Source: Patescibacteria group bacterium
GTDB lineage: Bacteria; Patescibacteriota; Patescibacteriia; GWA2-46-9
Length of the DNA: 64,000 bases
Assembly: GCA_041660005.1 (NCBI GenBank)
Contig: JBAZXG010000002.1
Span: 24,356 to 88,355, forward strand
Direction of reading: 5' to 3'
Shown in pieces: positions 52,984 to 62,603 of the stretch. How positions within the stretch are numbered: position 1 is the first letter of the stretch; each line of letters begins with the position of its first letter. The translations under genes and the position numbers were made by a program. The notes beneath the pieces are model-generated. The model was not told the DNA's origin and did not search any database. It was given only the letters and a program-made list of their open reading frames with translations.

Positions 52984-53246
52984 TGCTGGCCTCCGTTATC
53001 AGGCATCATGTGCCCGATGTCTTTAGCCAATTCCCTTGGCCGTTGGGGTCTTTTCCTCTACAGGATCAATCTAGAAATACTAGGGAAAAGACATTGCAAT
53101 GTAGCAGAAATGACAGGAAAAGTCAATGACTTTCGGGTGAATATTTAAATGGTTGATTCAATACAATCTGCTTGCACATATCACAATAAATAAAGGCATC
53201 AATAACTCCTAAAGTATAACCACCAAAAATCAGCCGGATGTAAAAC

Positions 53247-53278
53247 ATCAATACCCAGGCTTTCGCCTGGGTATTGAT
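53247..53278. terminator. Perfect 14-bp hairpin
   Basis: atcaatacccaggc-tttc-gcctgggtattgat. Confidence 0.6.
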
Positions 53279-53402
53279 CCTAATGTGTATTCTGTGGGAA
53301 CGATGCTTCTCGATGCTCGTTCTTAACGTGATTGAAAATCCGGTGCCGTTTATTGGGTTCGTATAACCTATCCCACGCTAAGTCGGACAAATGCAGCAAC
53401 AC

Positions 53403-53867
53403 TTACCGCTCAAGAATTTGTTTCTTCTTGGCCTGAAATTCTACTTCCGTTAAGACACCCTTATCTCGAAGATCAGCATATTTCGCCAGCTCATCAACGC
53501 CACTAACCGCTGAACCTCCTCCTCGAATCTGGGCTATTCTTGCTTCGATAAGCTCTCTGACTTTTGCAGAGCGTTCATTGTTGTTATTGGTGATATGGAA
53601 GTTAATACTATTTTCGTCAGTGGCGGACTGAAAAAGACCGCTCTTTGCCTCTGAACCACCAACCAAGGTTAGCTGGAGATAGCCGGCAGTCATACCTGCT
53701 TTTTTGAGTTGCACGGCGACAATGGAGCTATAGGGAATTGTTTTTTCGCCTCGCAGCATCATACCGCCAAGGAGGAAACCCTTTACCCCTCGCTTTATAA
53801 CGACGCCAACATCGGTGAGGATAAGCGTTCCGTTATAGCCGCGAAATTCTTCTATTGATTCGTTCAT
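53403..53867 (-). CDS. DUF4429-like (PH-like) plus SHOCT domain protein
   Basis: GEK.IPYSSI.AVQ.K, DENSI.F; C-terminal DELAKY.DL.DKG.LT..EF...K..IL. Confidence 0.8.
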   Translation of the reverse strand: MNESIEEFRGYNGTLILTDVGVVIKRGVKGFLLGGMMLRGEKTIPYSSIVAVQLKKAGMTAGYLQLTLVGGSEAKSGLFQSATDENSINFHITNNNNERSAKVRELIEARIAQIRGGGSAVSGVDELAKYADLRDKGVLTEVEFQAKKKQILER

Positions 53868-53878
53868 AAAAGAGTGTG

Positions 53879-54832
53879 TTATTTCTCCCAGGTTGTGCCG
53901 TCGGTAAAATGAACATGGTATGGCTCAACCTCGATCTTCGACGTGGTGTCGTGACCAAAGAGACTCCACGCATCCGAACCTGTTTTGCTGGGAGCAATAA
54001 GAGAACCTTGGCTAAGACCATTGAAGACGTTATCTCCCAGAAAGCTGGCGGGCTCCCCAAAACTGTTAAACATCCTGATATGCAGCTTGTATGCGTCGAT
54101 GGTTTTGTCTGACACATTCTTAATCGTCACATTCGCTTGAGGCATACCAATGATGTCTTTGGTAACACTGCTTTTCACAATCTCGAGAGGAATTGGTTCT
54201 TGTGCGATTGTTGCGGCTGATGGCTTAGACGAAACTACTGGCGTTGTTGTCGCCGTAGATGAATCTAATTTATTTGTGCTAGTTGATGAAGCAGCGGCTA
54301 CAATCACCAGAACAACCAAGACCGCGACCGTGATTGCAGTCTTATGCCGCGTTATGTTTTCCTCCCACTTACTTAAGTGGGGTTGTGCCAGTGGTTCTCC
54401 TTCCATACGATGCGTGTATCGAGAAGCAAGGAGGTGCATAATAATACCGCCGGACAACCCAACAACAAACCCTAGTCCAACCGCTAATGTCCCGCCTATC
54501 GCCGTACCAATAGCTGCGCCAGCTTGCGCTGCCCCGCTCGTGTTCCTCACCGCCGCCGCGCCGACATGAAACATTATAGCGAGTGCAGAGATGGGCAGAA
54601 GAAAGAAGCCAATCTCTGTGGCCCGAAACAAATCCTTCAGTACTTTATTCTTGTTCGTATCCGACCACACATGCAGAATTAGCAGAGCCCAAAAAATTAT
54701 AAACCCGAGACCCATGGCTCGGTTTCCAGACATCCACGCCCAATTTTGAGTAAATACAGCGGCAGGAAGGAGAGTGGCCAATATCTTCGTTGGCAAGAAT
54801 CGATTCTTCGATTGAGGAGTGTGTTGCTCCAT
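53879..54832 (-). CDS. Membrane protein with exported C-terminal Ig-like domain
   Basis: Several TMs, Ser/Thr linker, N.SDK.I...V.FTDGTTW ending. Confidence 0.65.
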   Translation of the reverse strand: MEQHTPQSKNRFLPTKILATLLPAAVFTQNWAWMSGNRAMGLGFIIFWALLILHVWSDTNKNKVLKDLFRATEIGFFLLPISALAIMFHVGAAAVRNTSGAAQAGAAIGTAIGGTLAVGLGFVVGLSGGIIMHLLASRYTHRMEGEPLAQPHLSKWEENITRHKTAITVAVLVVLVIVAAASSTSTNKLDSSTATTTPVVSSKPSAATIAQEPIPLEIVKSSVTKDIIGMPQANVTIKNVSDKTIDAYKLHIRMFNSFGEPASFLGDNVFNGLSQGSLIAPSKTGSDAWSLFGHDTTSKIEVEPYHVHFTDGTTWEK

Positions 54833-55196
54833 AAAAATAAAGAATAAAAAAATAAGCACCTCGGGTATGACGAGACGCTTTGGGTATATACACAAAGCCC
54901 CCCGCCAGCGATAGCCTTACGGCTACCCATACCCGTTTCCAGGTATGACCGGTAAGGGTGCTCTGACGAGGAGCCCTTTATTCCTTACCGGTTTTCGGCC
55001 ATGCCCAGAGCGAACTCTGAGTTTAGGCCATACTCAAATTGTGCTCACATGGTAGCAGGGAAACCCCTATAAATAAAGGGTCTTTATGGGGACTTACCTA
55101 CAAGTTACCTACAGCTCGTTTAGGGACTTTTTGCGGATTCCAGTGATTCTAGCCGCTCTGGACTCCCTAGAGGGGTTGCGTCATCAATGTGGCTAT

Positions 55197-56540
55197 ATGA
55201 ACCACGGTAATACAACGGGGCCGGACGGAGCGGACGCCCCAACCAAGGAACAACCGCTCCCTATTAACGTGCGGTACTGCCTGTACGCAAGGAAAAGTAC
55301 CGAATCGGAGGAACGCCAGATCCTCTCCATTGATTCGCAGATTAAAGAGATGCTGGAATTGGCTGAGCGGGAGGGGTTGGAGGTAGCCGAGATAAGGCGC
55401 GAGAGCCACTCGGCTAAGAGTTCTGGTGCGAGAAAGGTGTTCAACGAAATCCTCGTTGACATTAGAGGGGGCCGCTTCAATGGACTTCTAACCTGGGCTC
55501 CAGATAGGCTTGCGCGTAATGCGGGTGACCTAGGGTCGTTAGTTGACCTTATTGACCAGAAAACGCTTATTGAAATACGCACGTTCAGCCAACGGTTCAC
55601 GAACAACCCGAATGAGAAATTCCTCCTCATGATTCTCGGCAGCCAGGCAAAGCTCGAGAACGATAACCGTGGCATTAATGTCAAGCGCGGTATGAAGACC
55701 CGCTGCGAAATGGGACTACGGCCGAACGTCGCACCGACCGGATACTTGAATGAGAAACGGACGGATAAAAAGTGCCACGCTATCGTTGACCCCGAACGTG
55801 GGCCCATCATCAAACAAATGTTTGAGAAAGTAGCGAACGAACACTGGTCAGGACGGAAGCTCTACCACTGGTTGAAGTTCGAGTTGAACTTTAAGACCAA
55901 AGGAAATAAAAACTTGTCGCTCTCCAATATTTACATCATCATCAATAATCCCTTCTACTACGGTGTCTTCGAATTCCCGCGAGGCAGCGGTAACTGGTAT
56001 ACCGGAATCCATACGCCACTAGTCGCGAAGGAGCTCTACGACCAAGCCCATACCCAGTTAAAGCGTGACCGCATTGTCCGAGCTGAGATTAAAGAATTCG
56101 CCTTCACGAAGCTCCTAGCCTGTGGCGATTGCGGGTCTGGAATCTCGGCTGACGAGAAGTACAAGCATCTCAAAGATGGCACCATGGCACGGTATGTGTA
56201 CTACGGCTGCACGCGAGCAAGAAACCTGCACTGCAAAGGTGGATACATCCGCGAGGAGGAACTGATCAATCAAATGATTGCCATCATTGATCAGCTCGAC
56301 ATCAACGAGATTGGCATGCGGTACAAGTTTGACGAAGAGATGGCAAGGCTCGCCAAGTTCCAAAAGAACTTCTACGGCGCAGCTGGCGGCACCGCACCTA
56401 AACTTGAGAACGTGGACTTGAAGGGCTACGCCAAATACTTACTGCGCGAGGGCAGCGTCATTGAAAAACGTGAACTCATGGCCTGCATCAAAAGCAAGCT
56501 CGTGCTGACGCGGAAAGTGTTGACGCTGCAAACACAGTAA
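55197..56540 (+). CDS. Large serine recombinase
   Basis: YARKST catalytic Ser, DRLARN, P.GY, NPFY.G, zinc ribbon CGDCG..YY.C. Confidence 0.92.
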   Translation: MNHGNTTGPDGADAPTKEQPLPINVRYCLYARKSTESEERQILSIDSQIKEMLELAEREGLEVAEIRRESHSAKSSGARKVFNEILVDIRGGRFNGLLTWAPDRLARNAGDLGSLVDLIDQKTLIEIRTFSQRFTNNPNEKFLLMILGSQAKLENDNRGINVKRGMKTRCEMGLRPNVAPTGYLNEKRTDKKCHAIVDPERGPIIKQMFEKVANEHWSGRKLYHWLKFELNFKTKGNKNLSLSNIYIIINNPFYYGVFEFPRGSGNWYTGIHTPLVAKELYDQAHTQLKRDRIVRAEIKEFAFTKLLACGDCGSGISADEKYKHLKDGTMARYVYYGCTRARNLHCKGGYIREEELINQMIAIIDQLDINEIGMRYKFDEEMARLAKFQKNFYGAAGGTAPKLENVDLKGYAKYLLREGSVIEKRELMACIKSKLVLTRKVLTLQTQ

Positions 56541-56573
56541 GACCACCTTCGTCAGCCAGACTGTCTATTGATA

Positions 56574-58019
56574 TTATCCCCAAATTGAATTGATAACGTC
56601 TGTACCGAGAAAATCTGCTAATTGCCCCTCTGGTTTTTTATCTCCAATACACTTAGCTACCCGTTGGGTCCAGGGAACATTTTTCGAGCTGAGTATTTGT
56701 GATAATTGCAAAATTACATCTTTAATATCAGCATTTTTTCTGTCCCAGGAATCACATTGATCCAATTGAGTCTTTTTCTCTCCATAATTTTGGCTTTCTT
56801 CTTTAACTTTTGTCTTCGCCGCTTCCCAATTCTCAAAACCGAGCGACGTCAAGACTTCATCGGATAGAAAAAGATTCTCGCTTTCGCGACATTCTAGTTT
56901 GACATACTTTATATTTGTCTGTGGATTGTTCGCGTCAGCAACCGGAAGGGTTTGATCACCATCAAGTAGCGCAAAGCCAACGGCTTTGGTTTGGTCTGTC
57001 CTTAGGCTGGCAAATATTTTTTCCAGTGTTTTTTGATACCGCTTAACTTCGTCCGCCCCACTACAAGGAATAACCGCCAGCTTCACATTGTTATATCTTG
57101 GCACTTGACTCCAAATTTTATTGTCATCATCTCCCTCTACCAATAATAACGGCGCACTGAACAGGGGCCCCATGAGAGCATGCCCGCCGAGACACGTTGA
57201 GAGCTCCTGCAAAATTTTGTCGAACTGTACCGCTTTCTGTTCGCTGACAGAGTTATTGAGATAGATGACACTTGTCCTCTCACCGCCATGATAGCCGAGT
57301 GCCGACAGAAGAGTGGTACTATGAGAGGCGATAATCATTTGCACCTTATATTTACTCAAAAGTTGTACCAAAAAATGGCCGAGGTGCTGTTGTAGATCGG
57401 GATGTAAGTGTGTGTCTGGTTCGTCAATCAGAAGAACTCGTTCGCTCTGATTATCCAACTCCCATATCGCGCAAATCGTCAACAAATCCAATGCGAGAGT
57501 CAGTATTTCTGCTTCGCCACTGCTTAATGTATTGACGCTTGAAACGCGATCATCGCCGTGAATCCGCCTGAATTCATAAGGAGGGTTTTCTCCTGTAATG
57601 GAGAACTGAAAGTCAGGAAGTAGAACCTGTAAAAAATTTTCAATATCCCCAAGATCGACTGAGCTGGCAGTCGCTCGTCCGGCAACATTTCCAATTTTAA
57701 TTAATAAGGCTTGTATCCGCGAGACTGCTTCCTGACGGTAAGTAGACGACAAATTTTGCTGTCGACGGTTTGCTCTACCGGGGGCCGTTAGTTCTTCCTG
57801 CGTTATTCCAACTTCGTGCGTGATGTCTCCAGCTCTTTCGGGGGAAGTATAGTGATAGACGTTCTGATTACTATTTCGTAAAGTACGCAACAACTGACTC
57901 TTGCCAGAACCGTTTTTCCCAAACAAAATTGTTATCTCATTTAAGTCCTTGAGTTCCCACTGATTTCCGCCAAGATAGTCAGGTCTTATTATATTCAATT
58001 CTTGAAAATATTTTGCCAT
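56574..58019 (-). CDS. ABC-ATPase plus TOPRIM-like protein (OLD/PARIS-like defence candidate)
   Basis: GKNGSGKS, LSSGE, LLIDEPD.HLHP, SHS, then LLVEG.DD and DGD. Confidence 0.75.
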   Translation of the reverse strand: MAKYFQELNIIRPDYLGGNQWELKDLNEITILFGKNGSGKSQLLRTLRNSNQNVYHYTSPERAGDITHEVGITQEELTAPGRANRRQQNLSSTYRQEAVSRIQALLIKIGNVAGRATASSVDLGDIENFLQVLLPDFQFSITGENPPYEFRRIHGDDRVSSVNTLSSGEAEILTLALDLLTICAIWELDNQSERVLLIDEPDTHLHPDLQQHLGHFLVQLLSKYKVQMIIASHSTTLLSALGYHGGERTSVIYLNNSVSEQKAVQFDKILQELSTCLGGHALMGPLFSAPLLLVEGDDDNKIWSQVPRYNNVKLAVIPCSGADEVKRYQKTLEKIFASLRTDQTKAVGFALLDGDQTLPVADANNPQTNIKYVKLECRESENLFLSDEVLTSLGFENWEAAKTKVKEESQNYGEKKTQLDQCDSWDRKNADIKDVILQLSQILSSKNVPWTQRVAKCIGDKKPEGQLADFLGTDVINSIWG

Positions 58020-58189
58020 ATATAAATTTAAGAACAGGTCTATCTTAGCTCAAATCTCACAATAAACAAAAAAGACCGGGTGACCGGTCGTTTTTGTTTT
58101 GGTATGCCAATAACATGCAGTAGCGTGGGGGAACCGTCTCGGTCGCGCTGACCTATCGACTGACTCGGTCCCTCGATACTAAATGTTGT

Positions 58190-58279
58190 TGGCGGAGAGG
58201 GAGGGATTCGAACCCTCGAGGCCCTTGCGGGCCTACCGCTTTTCGAGAGCGGCACCTTCAACCACTCGGCCACCTCTCC
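58190..58279 (-). tRNA. tRNA-Ser(CGA)
   Basis: GGAGAGG..CCTCTCC-GCCA, anticodon arm CCGCT-CTCGAAA-AGCGG, long variable arm. Confidence 0.95.
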
Positions 58280-58522
58280 ATATTTCTCGGCAAAGCCTCG
58301 GTCAAAAAATTGAGGCCTCTGGTTGCCGGGGCGGTCTTTTACCGCCCGTTTAATCCTGCGCCACTCGGATTAAACCCACTCGGCCACCTCTCCATAGATT
58401 GGCTATTTTGTTTTGCTCACCTTTTTTTATCCGTCCGGGTAGCGCTTTTTCAACTACCTCCAAACAATAAAGTATTCGCACGCTACCACGCTCTTCTATA
58501 GTCGACAAGAGCGATGCGCTGT

Positions 58523-60145
58523 TTAATTCAATGGGCGCAATCGAATGCCAACAACTCCAAGGTAATTCTCGTCTTCTTCGCTATACCGCTCTCGCAGTAC
58601 TGCCATACCATGCTCATGGTTATCAAAGCCAAGCTCTGCTGGATGAAACGCTGCTAGAAGCTCTGTGAAACTTGGTCGTGGTGTTACCTCAATAACTTCT
58701 GCGCGCATGCACTCATAGGTATTATGGTGCGGATAACAGAGTAGGAGATCGCCAACTTGAATATCGCGTTGTTGTCGGTCGAAAAGTCTCGCCTCAACAC
58801 GCTTCAGCCCACGCATCAGCTGGTTATACGATTCGCTGCCGACATTCAAGACATGCACTCGACGACTCTCCAGAAGTGGGATTGCCATAATAACCCAAAA
58901 AAGAATTGAAAGGTCGTTTTTAAAATAGGGAACATCAACAAGACCATGAACGAGGAGCGCCACCATCGCTGCCATAGCGGCAATGCTTAATGCCTGCCCG
59001 CGTCGCTGCCACGCCGTGTGAAAGAAAGCGCCGAGCAACCAGACAAATACCAAGAGACCAGCAACCCCAAGTTCGGTCCAGGCGTTCAAGAATACATTGT
59101 GAGGGTAGAGAAAAATTTCTAACTTATAAGGTGACACGTCATGTCGCCATTCTTGATGATAGGGAACAAGCGCACTTTGGTAACCCGCGAGTCCAGACCC
59201 AACAATAGGATGGTCGCGAAGGAGTGCCAGGGTTTCTTGCCAAACAACAATGCGCATTTTCCCTGAAGGGGAGTGCAGTGTTACTTGGTTGAGCAAGGCC
59301 ACCCGTGTTGGTGGTACGACAAAAATAGCAATCAAAGCTAGGGTAGCAACCCCAACAAGTATGACACGACGGCTCCCTGTGAGCGCCAAGAAAGCGCCAA
59401 AAAGAATACCCACCACAACACCGACCCAGGCGCCTTTGGTCACGGAGAAAACAATTGCTACGAGACCAAACAAAAACACTACCATCAACCACAAAAGTCG
59501 TGACCCGTGTTTGGCGCTATAGAGCACCCAGGTGCCGTAAAGAGCAATGACTGGCGCTAAAAATAAACCAACGGCATTCGGATAAGAAAAGAAGCTCGTT
59601 ACCTTGAACGACTCGGCGAGCGCATACGGTTCAGGAATAAAAAGACCCGTCACTTTTTGAAACCAGGCACCAAGTGCTATAGCAAGGGCTGCAATGCCGA
59701 GGGCATAGACTGGCCAGTGACGCTCTGGCGTGCCCCGAAATTCAACAACAAAAATAGCAAAAACAAGTAACGGCTCAATAAAATATGCTTTCCAAATGCC
59801 GAGCGCACTAAATAGGTTAGGGGAAATAACAACGCTTACCGTTGCAACAAGTAGCCAAAGGAGAATCGGAAAAAAATAGGGGCGAAACGGATTACTCTCT
59901 GACAAAGCTAACGATGGTCGCGGTAAAGGCAATCCCTGATGCTCTTGGTACTTCAAGAAAAACCATGTAATGGCAACCGTCCAAATACTCACCTCGAGCA
60001 AAGTAAACGGAACCCCAAACACAGTGAACCGAATAAGGTAGGATGGTAATAAAACAATTAAAAGCGAGAGTGCTAAACGCGCCGAGCGATAGGTTAGATA
60101 GGCAAAGAAAAAAATGTAGAGCGTAAGAAGTAACGGCATGGTCAT
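58523..60145 (-). CDS. O-antigen ligase family protein fused to a C-terminal ASCH domain
   Basis: PNA.GLFL, R..VW, HP..G.G, PHN.FL..W.ELG..G, HGLVD; then G.KRVEAR...I.VGD...Y..EDE...GVVGI.L. Confidence 0.8.
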   Translation of the reverse strand: MTMPLLLTLYIFFFAYLTYRSARLALSLLIVLLPSYLIRFTVFGVPFTLLEVSIWTVAITWFFLKYQEHQGLPLPRPSLALSESNPFRPYFFPILLWLLVATVSVVISPNLFSALGIWKAYFIEPLLVFAIFVVEFRGTPERHWPVYALGIAALAIALGAWFQKVTGLFIPEPYALAESFKVTSFFSYPNAVGLFLAPVIALYGTWVLYSAKHGSRLLWLMVVFLFGLVAIVFSVTKGAWVGVVVGILFGAFLALTGSRRVILVGVATLALIAIFVVPPTRVALLNQVTLHSPSGKMRIVVWQETLALLRDHPIVGSGLAGYQSALVPYHQEWRHDVSPYKLEIFLYPHNVFLNAWTELGVAGLLVFVWLLGAFFHTAWQRRGQALSIAAMAAMVALLVHGLVDVPYFKNDLSILFWVIMAIPLLESRRVHVLNVGSESYNQLMRGLKRVEARLFDRQQRDIQVGDLLLCYPHHNTYECMRAEVIEVTPRPSFTELLAAFHPAELGFDNHEHGMAVLRERYSEEDENYLGVVGIRLRPLN

Positions 60146-60241
60146 AACAACAGTATAGCGCGATGAAATAATGAGCGGTAGTGAAAACCCGGCGAGCTTA
60201 AAATAACTAGACTAGACGGCTTTATAGAAAACTTCGCACAC

Positions 60242-61669
60242 CTAATTATTCTCTGCTTTAGAAAAAATTTCTATCAGCAGTTTTCGTGGCGTTGGGTCAA
60301 TTGCCAAGAGTACGGCAGCATAAATCACAACCGCCAGTGGAATTGTCAGAATGACTGAAAAATTTATTGCGAGCCAGAGAAATAGCGCCATTACAATTGT
60401 TGCAAGAAGAGACGGAAGAAGTGGAGCAAGAGTAAAAAAAGAATTAATCCGTCGTCTGAGATAGTAGTAAAGGAGCACTGCGATAAGTAATTCCACTGCA
60501 ACCGTAACCGCTGCCGCACCGATAGCGCCGGCAACGGGAATGACTACAAGATAGGCAACGAGACTGAACGCCGCAGCAAGTGCATACGCCCACAGTACCG
60601 AGCGCTGCTCATTAATGGCAACGATAATATGCCCAAAAAATGTACCAACAAAAATAATTGCGGTTGCTACACCAAGGAGACGCAGAACATCGCCGCCTTG
60701 CGCGGTAAAGTCTGAACCAAAAAGCGCAACGACCTTTGGCGCTGTAATCGCTAGGCCAACCGCCAAGGGAAGAGCAATAGACACGATGGCGGTAAAAGAT
60801 TCAGCTACGGTACGACGAAAATCTTCATAGCGTTTATTTGCCCAGGCAGTGGTGAGTATGGGCAAAAGAAGACCGGCAAACATGGTCGGGAAAGTAACGA
60901 GCACTTCCAACACGCGATACATGGCGCCATACACACCTACCTCGGTTTCGGAACGTACAAAAGAGAGAATGAGCGTGTCTGCTTTGAGGTACACCAGGTT
61001 AAAAACAACACCAAGCGCAATCGGCCAAGAACGATGCCAAATGAGTTTCCAGTACTCGGGTTCAAAAGCAATGCGAACTTTTACAACGTTATGGCTAAGT
61101 AAAGCGGCGAGCGCAAGATTAAGGAGACTGCCAACCGTTACCCCAATAACGATGAACAAAATACCGCGCTCTTGCGTGACCGCGAAGAGAACAAAGCCAA
61201 GAAGCGTCGTGCGTCCAAGCAACTCACCGGCAACCGAACGCCACATGGTAAGTGCTTGCTGGAAAAAACCGGTAAACACCTGCAGAAGCGCCACGAATAA
61301 AAATGACAAGGTCAAAATGACGACGCCTGCTTTCACTGTTGTTGAATAAGGAAAAAGCCAAATGACGAGCGGTGCAGCCATTAAAATAGCGGCGCTCGTT
61401 ACGAGCCGAAACCCCAAGAGGTTGGCAAAGATGCGTTCTTTCTCGTTCGCCCGCTCGGCAAAGAGCTGTGAACTGACCAACACCAGGCCGAGATCTGCGG
61501 CCACACCAAAAAATTGCAGGTAGGCGGTCATGATAGTGTACGAACCAAACCCTGCAGCTCCCAAATAATTGGTCATGGCGAGCACTGTTCCCCAACCCAA
61601 AATGACGCTTAGAATTTTTCCGAGCGTTTGAATGATTGTATTACGAGTTAAAGCCCGACGCTCAAGCAT
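60242..61669 (-). CDS. Polysaccharide flippase (Wzx-like)
   Basis: RNTIIQ..GK, LG...FG.Y, DLG, D.L.L....EVG.YG; many TMs. Confidence 0.88.
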   Translation of the reverse strand: MLERRALTRNTIIQTLGKILSVILGWGTVLAMTNYLGAAGFGSYTIMTAYLQFFGVAADLGLVLVSSQLFAERANEKERIFANLLGFRLVTSAAILMAAPLVIWLFPYSTTVKAGVVILTLSFLFVALLQVFTGFFQQALTMWRSVAGELLGRTTLLGFVLFAVTQERGILFIVIGVTVGSLLNLALAALLSHNVVKVRIAFEPEYWKLIWHRSWPIALGVVFNLVYLKADTLILSFVRSETEVGVYGAMYRVLEVLVTFPTMFAGLLLPILTTAWANKRYEDFRRTVAESFTAIVSIALPLAVGLAITAPKVVALFGSDFTAQGGDVLRLLGVATAIIFVGTFFGHIIVAINEQRSVLWAYALAAAFSLVAYLVVIPVAGAIGAAAVTVAVELLIAVLLYYYLRRRINSFFTLAPLLPSLLATIVMALFLWLAINFSVILTIPLAVVIYAAVLLAIDPTPRKLLIEIFSKAENN

Positions 61670-61680
61670 GACTAGTGGGG

Positions 61681-61709
61681 TTGACAGAAAGGATGCGCTG
61701 TGATAGGGT
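61681..61709 (+). promoter_or_regulatory. Sigma70-type promoter for the candidate ncRNA
   Basis: TTGACA, 17 bp, TAGGGT with an extended TG. Confidence 0.55.
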
Positions 61710-61712
61710 GAT

Positions 61713-61841
61713 CTGTTTCGAGGAAGCGGAACTGCATCCACGACAAGCGTGGAATTCAGTGCTGGAGGAGTTCTCGGTGTGTCCCACTTAGGTCTTCCCC
61801 GCGCAGGATTCCTTGGATGCAGTTCCCCTTCTTCCAAACAG
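61713..61841 (+). ncRNA. Rod-shaped ncRNA candidate (6S RNA-like)
   Basis: Ends pair (ctgttt/aaacag); perfect 13-bp ggaactgcatcca/tggatgcagttcc stem, asymmetric bubble, apical stem; own promoter and terminator. Confidence 0.55.
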
Positions 61842-61870
61842 CCCCGACGTAATGTCGGGGTTATTTGTTT
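61842..61870 (+). terminator. Hairpin plus T-rich tail
   Basis: ccccgac-gtaat-gtcgggg then ttatttgttt. Confidence 0.6.
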
Positions 61871-62090
61871 ATTCGCTTTGTAAAATTTCGTTCAATAATT
61901 TTCGTGTCTGCTCACGCTCGTCATCTTTAGCGTCGTCCTCTGAACGCAAACTCAGAGCAATGGTACTACCTTCTTTGGCGCCAAAAGGTAAGTCAGCACT
62001 GCGCCAACGAACTTCTTGCCCATCATCGGTTTTCAGAATGGCGACATCTCCCTCTAGTCGATCAACAATAACCTTGCGTGTTGTTGGCAT
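61869..62090 (-). CDS. DUF3006-like protein
   Basis: VDRLEGD.AIL, LP..AKEG. Confidence 0.75.
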   Translation of the reverse strand: MPTTRKVIVDRLEGDVAILKTDDGQEVRWRSADLPFGAKEGSTIALSLRSEDDAKDDEREQTRKLLNEILQSE

Positions 62091-62093
62091 ATA

Positions 62094-62549
62094 TTATAGT
62101 GCATCAATTTCTCGCACCGAAACCGACGTAGGTTCGCTGCGTTTTATTATAATAGTGAGGACTCCATTTTTCATTATCGCTTCAGCGCTATCCGCCTGAA
62201 CGGGCATCGGCAGCACGACTGACCGAGAAAAAGCGCCCCAATGACATTCCTGCAAGACGTAGTGACGGTTTGTTTCGGTGTGCTCTTCGTTGCGCCGACC
62301 ACGAATCGTTAAGAGATCATTATGTAACGCCACGCTAATATCTTCCGGACGAACACCAGCCACAACCGTGCGTACCACAACATTCGTGTCAGTAACATAA
62401 ACATCTAACGATAACTCACCCTCTTGCTCAACCCAGTTACCAGCATTTGCCACCTGGAGAATATCAGCACCTTGCCAGGTTGCTTCTGCGTCATCAGCTA
62501 TCGGTATAGAGAGATTTTTTGTTGGTTTTGTATTTTTGAATAGTGCCAT
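62094..62549 (-). CDS. Small heat shock protein (Hsp20)
   Basis: LDVY.T, AGV.PEDI, E..WG.FSRS..LP, NGVL.I. Confidence 0.9.
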   Translation of the reverse strand: MALFKNTKPTKNLSIPIADDAEATWQGADILQVANAGNWVEQEGELSLDVYVTDTNVVVRTVVAGVRPEDISVALHNDLLTIRGRRNEEHTETNRHYVLQECHWGAFSRSVVLPMPVQADSAEAIMKNGVLTIIIKRSEPTSVSVREIDAL

Positions 62550-62603
62550 ACTGTTTAATTCGTTATGACTAGTATAGAAGAGGAGACAACGTGGGGCAAG
62601 CTC

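Noticed and set aside
52342-53148. 268-aa plus-strand ORF (and similar antisense ORFs within gyrA, galU, the MTases and the recombinase)
   Set aside because: Shadow frames of well-supported genes on the opposite strand.
61670-61837. N-terminal extension of the flippase to 61837
   Set aside because: Wzx-like sequence starts at ATG 61669; the extension covers the candidate ncRNA and its promoter.
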